In this document: in pieces, positions 50,470 to 61,919 of the stretch
Position numbering within the stretch: position 1 is the stretch's first letter
Layout: each line of letters begins with the position of its first letter
Assembly: GCF_963921235.1 (NCBI RefSeq)
Contig: NC_086101.1
Span: 12,648,001-12,712,000, forward strand
Direction: 5' to 3'
Length of the DNA stretch: 64,000 bases
From: Mobula hypostoma
Taxonomy: Eukaryota
Notes under the pieces: model-generated
Database searches by the model: none
Seen by the model: the letters and a program-made list of their open reading frames with translations, nothing else
What the model was told of the DNA's origin: nothing
Made by a program: the position numbers and the translations under genes

Positions 50470-51640
50470 GATACTGCAATTTGAGAGGGAGAAGCATAAC
50501 TCACATGTATCAGGATCAGGATCACAATGGAATAAAGGGAATTGCAGAGGCATGGGAGTGCCCAGGTGGATTGGAGGAGGATACTGGGGAGCATAATGGC
50601 AGAGCAGAGATGGCTGAAGTTTCTGGGAATTGTTCACAAGGCACAGGATAGACATGTCCCCCAGAAGAAGTTTTGAAATGGCATAGCTAGACAACCATGG
50701 CTGACAAGGGAAGTTAAGGACGGTATAAAAGCCAAGGAAAGGGCATATAAGGTAGCAAAAGTGAGTGCGAAGTTGGATGATTGGGAAGCTTTTAAAATCC
50801 AACACCAGGTAACTAAAAAAAGCTATTAGAAGGGAAAAGATTAAATATGAGAGCAAACAAGCCAATAATGTAAAGCAGGATACTAAATGATTTTTCAGTA
50901 TTATCAAGAGTAAAAGGGAGGTGAGAGTCGATACTGGACCACTGGAAAATGATACTGGTGAGGTAGTATTGGGGGACAAAGAAATGGCAGATGAACTTAA
51001 TGGGTACTTTGCACCAATCTTCACTGTGGAAGACACTAGCAGCGTGCCAGAGGTCCATGAGTGTCAGGGAGCAGGAGTGAGTGCCATTGTTATTATAAAG
51101 GTAAAAGTGCCACGTAAACTCAAAGGTCTTTGAGGCATTGATCGTGTGGATAGTCTGAGGCTTTTTCCCAGGGCTGAAATGGCTAGCACGAGAAGGCACA
51201 GTTTTTAAGGTGCTTGGAAGTAGGTACAGAGGAGATGTCAGGTGTAACTTTTTTAGGAAGAGGGTGGTGAGTGTATGGAATGGCGACGGTGGTGGAGGCG
51301 GATATGATAGGGTCTTTTAAGAGGTATACGGAGCTCAGAAAAATAGAGGGCTATGGGTAATCCTAGGTAATTTCTCAGGTTAGGACATGTACAGCACAGC
51401 TTTGTGGGCTGAAGGGCCTGTATTGTGCTGTAGGTTTTCTATGTTTCTATGATAAGTCACCTGGATGAGATGGACTACACCCCAGAGTCCTGAGAGAGGT
51501 TGCTGAAGAGATAACGGATGCATCAGTCGTGATCTTTCAAGAATCACTTGATTCTGGCATGGTCCTGGAGGACTGGAAGATTGCAAATGTCACTCCACTC
51601 TTTAAGAAGGAAGGAAGGCAAAAGAAAGGAAATTATAGGC
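50470..51640 (+). mobile_element. CR1 ORF2 fragment with a nested CR1 3' end (~51130-51450)
   Basis: DTGPLENDTGEVVLGDKEMADELN...EDWKIANVTPLFKK; inner piece ends in TTTCTATG repeats. Confidence 0.8.
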
Positions 51641-51803
51641 CAGATTGTGAGGTTAAGAGTTCATTGGGGATGTTCAATTGTCTTAAATAGTGTGATATAA
51701 TCTGTCCTTGACTGGTACATGCTTTCAGGCTTTTGTGTCTTCTTCCTGATGGGAGGGAGGAAAATTGGGAATGTCCAGGGTGAGAAAGATCTTTGTCATG
51801 CAA

Positions 51804-52524
51804 TGTCACAAACACAGTTATCGATCTGACTGGTTATCAATTGAGTTTGGGTCCAATTATCTGTGGTAATAGAATGTGTTTCAAAAGGCGGTGAAGCAGA
51901 TTTCAGCTGCAGTAGTCCCAAATGGGAATACTTGCTGCTTTCCATTGGAGCTGCACACAGTCGCCCCCTTAATGGCGACACCTTAACCGGGGGTGAACCA
52001 GGAGATTTGTCATCTGCTGAGGGCTAGATCTGTGGTATTCAAGACCAGCGACCCAGAACTGTGCAAGATGTCCAGGTATGACCTACCTTAAAAGTGAAAA
52101 AACACTGCCGATTGAGAGTCGTCAGAGGAAACCGCAGCCGCCAGTCAGACTTTAACAAAGACTCAGACCCCGGTATTCGGTTTAATTACTTTATTACGTG
52201 ATCACGGAGAGCTGTCCCTTACAAGGTTTACGGCTCTGCTGAAGCAAGTATAAGCATGGTCTTCTATACATTAGGGTACGTGCAGTTCAGCAGTTTGCAG
52301 AGGTCTCAGCTCTCATTCAGACCTTTTAGGTATCAGCAGATTTCCCGTACCTTACACAAAATTAGACCTGGGATTCCCACGTACACAGCCAGTTCCCCAT
52401 TAACCACGGAAACAAACCGGTAGTCCTGAGGCCTTCCAGGCAGAAGGTCAGCGGCTGCCCACTAATCACAAGATCTGTTTTTAGTTAGTGCAGGTAAGAC
52501 AGACCCATTCTACTTTGTATCACA
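51804..52524 (-). mobile_element. Probable 3' LTR of the endogenous retrovirus
   Basis: Minus strand: purine-rich GGGGATAG then TGTGA..., TATA-like TGTATAGAA, AATAAA (52190-52195), ending ...TGTGACA; the distal boundary is uncertain. Confidence 0.55.
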
Positions 52525-55500
52525 CTATCCCCATGATTCGGTCGACCCTTCGCCCTCAGGTTTCACTGTCTGCCACAGTTCCCTCCTGTCTGATCGCCCG
52601 ATCAGCTTCACTTCTTCCGGATAAAGGGCTTCATAATCCGGGGGCAGAGGCAGTATGTTTAAACAAGCATCCTCATCATACTCAGGATCAAAGGATTCCA
52701 ACTTCACCTTTGGAAACGTCCCTGTGGGTCCAGGCTCGGACACACGTTCAATACCAGTATCAGTCTGTATTGCACCACTGTTGCTACCATTCTTCAGGAG
52801 GATTATAGTCATGGAATTCCTCTCCTAACTTGCGTATTTGTTTCACACTCTCCTTCTAGGAGGATGCTCTTCTAGCTGAGTTATCAATCGCATAATTGGT
52901 ACTACGTACCCTGGATACGGCACCCACACCAGTCAACGGGCAACCAGGGATATGCATCTCTTCGGCATATCCGCTAGGTGTTGTTTGGCGAGGGAGGAGT
53001 GGTCGTTGTAGTGGGAGCAGAGCAGGTCCAATCAGTTTTGTTGGTGTCACACTCACTTCTCCCTGCCACCCGCGTTCCCTTCTCCTTGCACCAACAGGCG
53101 CTACCCTGTGTTTTGTACATCGTAAGTCTAGGGGGATGGGTTGTGTTCGGTTAACAGGAGAAATAAGAATTCCATGTGTATCCTTGTTAGCCCAATTCCA
53201 GCCAGTATTAAAAAACTTTCCACCCATATCAGTAGTATTCCTTGTGCCTTTCTTCCCCAGATCACAAACAATCCATCCCCCTGACTGTGCCTATCTGGGG
53301 CCATGTATAGAGTAGTTATATCCCCACATTGTGGTTTCCAAAACTTGCAGCACCTTCTTATATCCCTTATCTCCTAACCCAGCATGGGCGTGTATGGCCA
53401 TCCACACCCAACTAGGCACATTACTCCAACTAGGATATTCATAATCTAAGTTTAGGTAAGTACTATAAGCTGTTCCCAATTTAATACACTCAACAGTCTG
53501 AATGTCAACAACGAAGCTTTCTTGAGTCAGACTTCCATCTTCTTTTCCTCAGGAGAAGAAAACCTGCACTTGGTTCCGTCTATCCAGTCGGGCTTCCCTT
53601 CCACCTTCACTGCAGTTCTTGTTACCAGGATCACCTGATAGGGCTCCTTCCACCTAGAAGAAAGAGCCTTTCTTAAGTGTTTTCACATACACATAGTCTC
53701 CCGGCTTAGAGGGACGAGTATTTTCTTCTCCCGGCTGAGGTAGTTCAGCAGCCACTTGCCCCTGATTCAATCTTGTGGCTTTGCCCAAGAATTAACAATT
53801 TCAACACTTTTCTCGTCGGTGTAGACAAGGGAGGTTTGGGCACTTGTTAAAGATAGTCAGGATCCGGCTGGCTTTCATCATCCCATTAGCACTTAGAATG
53901 GCATAATTTAACCACAATTTAGTTGTGGCTCCTTATGGTTGTTATAGCCAGGGGTGGTAATGGGAACAACTCCCACTGCCTATAAAATGCTTCCAATGGC
54001 GCGTGCCTCCAATAGCCTCTGATAACCAAGTCCAACTCCTGACCTTCACGTGTGACTTAGCTACTAAGCCTGGCAGAACTGTTTCTACTGATAGAAGAAG
54101 GGTAAAGGTGGGTTACTGGCGCCTTAAAACCAGTCGCTTTGGGCAGATGGTGCTCGTCGGTCGTGGTTGGCAGCTCATCTAGAAGAAAAGCTCAGATCTC
54201 AAACCTCTGCTGCCTTGTGGCTGTACCCGCTCATGGGGAAGGCTTTGGGCGTAAACCCCGAGGGAAAAATCCAGAGCTGGAGTCCCTGAGGTAGTCCTGC
54301 ATTGAGTTCAATGTTGACTGGCAACTCCTGTGACACTGCTAGCACCAAACTGTATTGGTCTCTGCTGTACCTTTGGGTTGATCTGATACATGGAGAGGGA
54401 GAGCTTGCTACATGGGCAACAGGTTGCCCTCCATATTGTATAACCCAGGCTTGTGTATCTAGACTGCTAAGACGCAATACCCATGGTCAACTCTGACTGA
54501 CGGAGGCCCCAAATTTAGATTTCCGATTCACTTGATTCCTCAGAGTATGTAAAATCATAGTACTTTAGCCCAGTTTCCTGGCATACTTTAGTTAATGTAC
54601 CTTTTAATACTCCATTCATTTTTTCTACTCATACTGAGGACTGGGCCTGATATGGGAGATGATACTCCCAAGTAAAGCCTTACGCTTGGCCCGATCCCTT
54701 GGTTAGTTTAATTGTAAAGTGAGTCCCCCAGTCACTATCAAATGTCTATGGCACCCCAAACCTGGGAGTGATCTCTTTCATCAAGGTCTTTACCACAGTT
54801 CCCGTATCATCCTTCCTAGATGGACAGGCTTCTACCCATTTGGAAAACATACCCACGATTACTAGTAGGTACTGGTAACCCCCAGCAGCAGGCATGTGTA
54901 CAAAATCTATCTGTAAATTAGCAAACGGCGCCTCAGCTAGTGGCAAGTGATCAAATTTAGCAGGTGATTTTCCTCTGTTATTTCACAGCTTCTCTCCACT
55001 TGCCTGGCCTACATTGTCAATCCACTGGTGCGAGCCACAGCTGTACTTGATATATAATTCTCCATTTCCCTACATGACCTTTCCCGTGGCTTACTCGTAC
55101 AAGGGCATGTAGGAAATTTCTCAGACATACAGGGTGCCTCTCAGAATGACTCCATACCCCTTCAGGATCCCTACGATCCAGATTTCTCCTGCGTTTTCTG
55201 GAGCCCCTTCCCGAGCCACAACCAGATTGGAAAAGCGGAAGTAGGAGCTGTTGGAGTGCATCGCACTTGCATTGCTCTCTCATCCATGGCGGCCCTGTTA
55301 GCAGCTGTATCAGCGGCTGCATTACCCGGGGCATTGGGGACTGAAGCATTAGTGTGAGCTTCGTACTGAATGGCAGCAATTAGCTTGGGCAACTGCACTG
55401 CTTGCAACAAATTCTTAAGCATGTTGTATAGGCTTCCCCCGAAGATGTAATAAATCCTTTATGCTGCCATTCTAAATTGGTCAATTTAAAGGAGTGTGTT

Positions 55501-56760
55501 ACCTCTGGCTGGAGACAGTTCAGGAGGGTCAGTACAGCCAGCGGGTCATTCCCAGCCAGGGGTATTCCCGCACTGGACACCCAGGTGTCTTTAAATCTCG
55601 CATTAAAGTTGGTAATAACCTCTTCTTTTTTCTGTTGCTAGTGACTTCTCCAATTTCATTGTGCAGTCTAGCTCCTGCAAGAATAGCATCCTTTGCCTTT
55701 TCTAGCCACTGGTCTCTTTCCACAGTGGGATTCCCATCATCCTCATCCCATTTTCGCCCTGCCGGAGGGCCCAGACCCCTCGTGGTCCTTTGCAAATCTC
55801 CGGAAATCTACTACTTACCCCCTGCCGCGAGGTCCCATACATTACGTTTAAAAGTGCCTGAATCTCTCCTGGCAAGCAGTTAAAAATTTGACAGGTCTGG
55901 ACCAACCAGTTGTGGAGAGCCATTGGTTTTCGTAGCACTCTGCGGGCTTCAGTTATGTTTCTTACCTCAGCTGGGGTCCAGGGTTTTTAATATGGGCACA
56001 TTTCCCACCATAACCTGGGATACCGACCCAACCCCCGATTTGTGGAGTAGGCAGGTCCTTCGTCTTCCTCCTTTGATCGAGTTCTGCTAGCAGAGCCATC
56101 TTCTGTCCAAGCTGAAGCATCTGTTCTGGAGTCACGTGGCTTTGACCGTTGCTCCTGTTCTGATTCCGGCCCCCGTTGCAGTAGCTGTTGCTGCTCTGCC
56201 GCTGGCAGTCACGACACAGGTAGGCCCACACCGTCTCTATTATTTCCACGTCATCGGGAGTTCCGGATAAGGAGGATATAGAGCCTTCTGAGGGGGTCAG
56301 GTTTTCTGCTTTCTCAGCTTTAACCTTTAAGTGGCTGATGCCTCTTCCCATCTACGTTTACACCACACCATATATTCTAAGTCCCAGTTTCGATCTCCTT
56401 TCCCAACTTCTGTTTTGTGTTTCCAGTACTGAATTTTCCTTAGACTGAAAGACCCACCGTATGGCCAGTCACCACAAATCACTCGAGAGCGTTCCAGAGT
56501 ACCTGCTGTCCCTGTTTCCAACCAAAACTTGTTGGCAGGTGAACCTGGGGGAACCAATGGGTCACCTAGGAGTTGTTGACTCTTCTTATAATTTTCAGCC
56601 TTTCTTTGCATATTCTTGTCCATTGGCCTTGGTTAGCTGGAGGTCCCGAGTGGACTACCCACCTCTGGGAGTCCCTCTTCAGTCCCTGGGCTGACACTTA
56701 CCGTTTCTATTTCTTATTCTATTACTTCAGGCCTTAACTGTTAAAGTAAATTCTTACCAC
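52525..56760 (-). mobile_element. Internally deleted endogenous retrovirus (gamma/epsilon-like): gag, RNase H, integrase and env remnants
   Basis: Gag WPYGGSF; RNase H W..KGFITSSG..LLQAVQLP...AHT...GNAAADTAA; integrase LQIDFVHMP...WVEA...PRFGVP..SD.GTHFT and RWKEPYQV...TAVKVEG..WI; no protease or RT seen. Confidence 0.88.
53950..54510 (+). mobile_element. RTE-related SINE-like insertion inside the ERV integrase
   Basis: Interrupts the integrase-coding sequence; a second copy lies at 13150-13500. Confidence 0.6.
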
Positions 56761-56789
56761 TCTATATATACCTTATCAATTAGGAGAAG

Positions 56790-57458
56790 ATGGTGACACG
56801 ACGCAGTGCGTGCAGCCTCTCCGGTGAAATGGTATCGTATTTGTTAAATAGGGGGCCGTGCACAATCCTGATTTGATGGAGACAGCCGTGAGAAGCACGG
56901 AGGAACACCTGGTGAAACTTCTGAAATGTCCGGTTCACTGCCGCTGCTACTGTGCGATCGAGAATCTCCGGAGGGGAAGGCCACAAATCCTCGGCTTTGC
57001 TTGTTGCTGGCGGCCAGGGCTGGGGTCAAAGCGCTCGGCAGAGATAGTCCTCGGTGCTCGGTGTCGCAGGGCTGGTCGCAGGCTCGAAGTTTTCGGACGG
57101 ACTGAGAGTCGGCTGTGGTCGGGTGCTTCCAGGGTGCTGCATCGTCAAGTTTGCGGCGCTGGAAGCTCATGGCAGGGAGAGTTTCTCCCTTCAACCGTCT
57201 GCATGAGAGATTGGGACTTTTGAGAGACTTTGAGACTTTTTTTTACCATGCCCATGGTCTGCTTTTTATCAAATTACGGTATTGCTTGCACTGTTGTAAC
57301 TATATGTTATAATTATGTGGTTTTGTCAGTTTTTCAGTCTTGGTCTGTCTTGTGTTTCTGTGATATCACACCGGAGGAACATTGTATCTTTTCTTAATGC
57401 ATGCGTTACTAAATTACAATAAAAGAGGACTGTGTGTCTTCATAATCTAATCTAATCA
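56790..57458 (+). mobile_element. Unclassified non-autonomous retroelement with (TAATC)n tail
   Basis: GC-rich head, AATAAA near 57418 and short tandem-repeat tail; abuts the truncated 5' end of the ERV. Confidence 0.45.
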
Positions 57459-58131
57459 ATTACTTATACTCTGTATTCATATAGATTAGATTAATTTGTA
57501 TATTAGAATTTTATTAAAAAAAAGAACTACACCCGCTACCAAAATCGAAGCTGTTTGGGTAAAAAAAAGAAAAAAAACCTTATCAGATAATAAAATATGC
57601 TATTAACCAACTTCTGTACTTTAATGAGAAGTCAAAGATTATGAAAATAATTTAAAAATGGCCCCCACAAATTTTGAAAATCTTGGTTAGATTCAGAAAT
57701 TGAACAACGAATCTTTTCTAAACTTAGGCATGCCGTGACATCCCGTAACCGCTGAGCATGATGAGACAGAACATTATCCTTCATTTGAACAAAAGCTCCC
57801 TCCTAGTCCTGAGAGAGATAAAAGCCAGAATCGGCAGATCAGATGTCTTCAAAATGATATTTTTCCTTCCAACATTACCAAACAGGGCAGTCAAAGGATT
57901 AGGCTTGAAATTTACTTTAAAGAGAACAGAAAGAGTTTGGAATACTTCCTTCCAATATTTTCCAAGACTTGGACACGTCCAAAACATATGAATAAGTGAA
58001 GCTTCTCCATTGTTACACCTATCACAGTAGGGGGATATATCCCTATAAAAATGAAATCCTTGGTCATATAAGCCCTATAAACTACTTTAAATTGTAGGAG
58101 GGAATGACGAGCACATAACGATGAAATATTA

Positions 58132-58403
58132 GGTAGCAGGCCAGGCAGCATCTCTAGGAAGAGGTACAGTCGAAGTTTCAGGCCGAGACCCTTCGTCAGG
58201 ACTAACTGAAGGAAGAGTTAGTAAGAGATTTGAAAGTGTAAATCTCTTACTAACTCTTCCTTCAGTTAGTCCTGACGAAGGGTCTCGGCCCGAAACGTCG
58301 ACTGTACCTCTTCCTAGAGATGCTGCCTGGCCTGCTGTGTTCACCAGCAACTTTGATGTGTGTTGCTTGAAATTCCAGGATCTGCAGAATTCCTGTTGTT
58401 TAT
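58132..58403. mobile_element. Penelope-derived fold-back mini-element inserted in L1
   Basis: ~95-bp near-perfect inverted arms around the GAAAGTGT loop; TSD GATGAAATATTA (58120-58131, 58404-58415). Confidence 0.85.
58267..58304 (+). ncRNA. Minimal type-I hammerhead ribozyme motif (intact core)
   Basis: UAGUC-CUGACGA-A-GGGUCUCGGCCC-GAAA-CGUC^GACUG; predicted cleavage after 58299. Confidence 0.75.
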
Positions 58404-59669
58404 GATGAAATATTAACCAATTTAAAAATCTCATTCCAAGTTTCTTCAGAAATTGAAGTCTATAAATCTTGTTCCCAAAGATTTTTGATTTTGTCTAAAG
58501 AATCATTTCTCATTTACAACAACATATCATTATAAAATGATTTCATATTAAGAATTTCACCTAATGTGTTCTTATCAGGACTATTAGGAAATGTATATAA
58601 TTGAGATCGCAGAAAATCTCTAATTTGTAAGTACCAAAAAAATGGGTTTTTGGTAAACTATATTTAGTTGACAATTGTTCGAACGAAGAAAGGCTTCCTC
58701 CACATACAGATCCTGGAAACATGTAATGCCCAATCCATCCCATTGTTTAAAAACTACATCAGTCATAGAAGGCTTAAAAAGATTATTTTAAAAAATAGGA
58801 CTAGTAAGGGAGAATCTCAATAAACCAAAGTGTTTTCTAAATTGTATCCAAATCCTCAAAGTATGTTTGACTACCACATTTTCAGTTATCTTGCTTAAGG
58901 AAAAAGGAAGTGACGATCCCAAAAGAGAAATAATAGAAAATTTATTAACTGAGTTAGCTTCTAAAGAAACCCACCCGGGACAGTCCTCATGATTAATATA
59001 GTATAACTAAAATGTGAGATTCCGTATATTAGCTGCCCAGTAATAAAACTTAAAATTTGGTAAAACTAAACCTCTATTCTTTTTAACTTTCTGGAGATGG
59101 ACTTTATTCAATCGAGGATGTTTATTTTTCCATACGTAGGAGGATAAAATAGAGTCCAGAGAGTCAAAAAAGGATTTAGGAATAAAAACTGGAAAAGCCT
59201 GAAAGAGGTATGTAAATTTAGGTAAAACATTCATTTTAATAGAATTAATTCGACCAATCAATGATAACGAAAGAGGTGGCCAATTTGATAATGTTCTTTC
59301 TATATAATTTAATAATTTAATAGCAAATTTCTACAGCTGTAACCATGGAGAGCAGTCTTACTGGTTGCATCACTGTTGGGTGTGGAGGGGCCACTGCACA
59401 GGACCGGAAAAAGCTGCAGAGAGTTGTAAACTGTACCAGCTCCATTGTGGGCACTCGCCTCCCCACCTTCAAAATGTGATGCCTCTAAAAGGCGGCATCC
59501 ATTAAGGACCCCCGTCACCCAGGACGTGCCTTGTTCTCATTGCTACAGTCAAGGAGGAGACTTCGGAGGCTGAAGATACACTAGATGTTTCAACATCAGC
59601 TTCTTCCCCTCTGCCATCAGATCTCTGAATGGACAATAAATACACCATTGAACATTACCTCAATATTTT

Positions 59670-60270
59670 CTCCTCGAAGTGTTTGGCGGGAGCAGGAGCA
59701 GCACAACGCGCAGAAATCCAACCTGGTGAGCCAAAGGAGGGGCTAGGCCCGGAGTCACCCCATAGCGTCCGGAACCTCCAAGTGTTGCAAACTAATCCCT
59801 CTAACATGAAGTCTAACAGGAGGCGGATCAAATGGCCTGCAGCTAACATGACTTCACAGTGGAAGCAGTTTGATGAAGATGTTAACCAAATTCTGGAGGC
59901 AGCAGCGAAGGGAGGGGTTGATAGGAAGCTGCAAGCCATGACAACAATTATTGTCCCAGTGGAGGTTGATTCTAGGGGATTTGTAGCCCATTCTTTAGTT
60001 AGAGCTTTCAGCATTTTGGGTATCGAGGGAGAGAGGAAGAAGAGAGCCATCCGCAGAACCACCAATGTGGCAGAGAGGGCCTCAAGATGGCTGTGGCTCA
60101 AAAGAGGGGAGCCATGGAGTCATAAGTAGCCATCTGAACACAAGCTGGGGTCTGATCAGCCCCGGCTGGGTCACCTGGAGGAGGTTGTATGATGTTGAAA
60201 GACCCGAAACACCCGATGATTCCAGGAACATCACTGAAGATGTGTCCAGAAGCATCAATAGATGTATGTA
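59670..60270 (+). mobile_element. Internally deleted HERO-like (restriction-like endonuclease) non-LTR element
   Basis: IKWPAAN...WKQFDEDV N-terminal part joined to the C-terminal PVEV..RGF...AERASRWLWLKR, followed by a 3' UTR. Confidence 0.7.
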
Positions 60271-61919
60271 CACACCCCTCTCTTTTTGCACTACTTAACT
60301 AATTAATTAATTATATATATAAAATAACTGTAATTTATAGTTTTTATGTATTGCAATGTACTGCTGAGAAACAAAAAAAAACACAACACATGCCCGTGAT
60401 ATTAAACCTGATTCTGATTCTGAGATGGAATACTAATGTCCACAGGAAATTGAAAAATTTTTAGTACTTGGCTTTGTGATAGTGAAGCAAACCAATACAA
60501 CTAATGAACAAAAATAAAATCTGCAGAAGCTGGAAGATCCAAAAATGCTGAGAATATGGAGCAGGTCAGACCATATTTGTGGAGACATAAAAATTAGGTT
60601 GATTTCTTTCATCGGAAGGAGGAAGGGTTTGAAATCAAAGCTGTTTTAAATTGAAGAGAAGTGGTGGAGGTGGAGCGAACAAGGGGGCTGTCTACAACAA
60701 TGTTCCAGTGATTTTATTTTTTACACAGCTGCATGGACCAACCATTGTCTGAGCAGGAATTTTGTACACAGCCTGAAAATGGCATGGACAGACTTGCTGC
60801 CCCTTGGAGCAGCTGCTGGTTCGAGTCGCTGCCCTCGCTGGGGCTGCTATTCAAGTCAATGCCCTCGCTTGGCAGGCTGGGGGTTTGGGGTTTTTTGTTG
60901 TTGTTGTTTCTCCATGTGGGTGATCTGTTAGTCTTTGTGCGAGGGAGGGGTTGGGGTGGTTTGGTGTTTGCGAGTTTGTGTTTCTTTTTCTTTCGTGTGG
61001 AGGAGAATTAATGTCTTTCTTTCAACTGCTTCTATGGTTTTCTGTATTTTATGGCTATTTGGAGAAGATGAATCACAGAGTTTATATTCTACATACATAC
61101 TTTGGTTCAGCCTTTGTATTTTTTTATAATATGCATACTCTGAATATTTAGAATGAAGACTGAAAGATCGCATATTTTAGTTTTATTTATTTAATATGTA
61201 GGGCATAATGAAATTAAGTACAATAAAGAAAATCTTTCATGTTTCTTAAAATTGTTCTAGCAGCGTCCAATTCCAGCTGTGCAGCAACAAAGTCTATGTA
61301 TGCGGGAGAATTTCAGTTACTATGCGGCCCAGCATCTGCGCAGCTTAGAGGGAAAAGTGATTAAAAAGAAAGACTGTCTTTTAAACTTCTGCCAGATAGA
61401 AGGAGCTAGAGGTTTGTATGTTGCAGCTCATCTGTGTGGAGATGTATATTGAACCAGGTGAATGGAAATAGATGAGAAAAAAAATGCTATAACTGTTAGA
61501 TCAAAGCAAAACACAGTTAAGAAAGGCCAGCTGTTAGAGATTGATGCTTGAATTACTAAATTAACTATATAGTCTTTAAAAAACTACGATTCATAGGAAG
61601 ACGTGTAAGCACCTGTTAGTTCTGGATAATAGTGCAAGATAAACTGCACCTTGTGCTAGAAAATTCCACTGAATAATTAAATTTTTTTTCCCCAAAAATA
61701 TACTTTATTCAAAAATATTACAAAATAAAGTTATTTAAATAGAAAAAAAAAATTCATTGACCCTGAGTCCTTGTTGACCCTGATTGGCCAACTGGCACCA
61801 ATTGTTTCCCAACTGACAAAACAGGAGCCAGGAACCAATAGAAATCCTTCACTTTCCTATTCCTAATTTGCTTATGGTGAACTAATAAAAGGAGCTCCCG
61901 TGAGAGGTCGAGACCAACC

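Larger units (their letters stand above)
57540..59300 (-). mobile_element. L1-clade LINE ORF2 3' portion
   Basis: GRINSIKMNVLPKFTYLFQ, GLVLPNFKFYYWA and the HMFWTCP zinc knuckle. Confidence 0.88.

Noticed and set aside
54025-54105. Possible HDV-like or twister ribozyme in the RTE-related element (CCTTCACGTG, CTTAG-CTA-CTAAG hairpin)
   Set aside because: I could not assign P1/P1.1 or the twister pseudoknots in this copy; a covariance-model search on the family consensus would be needed
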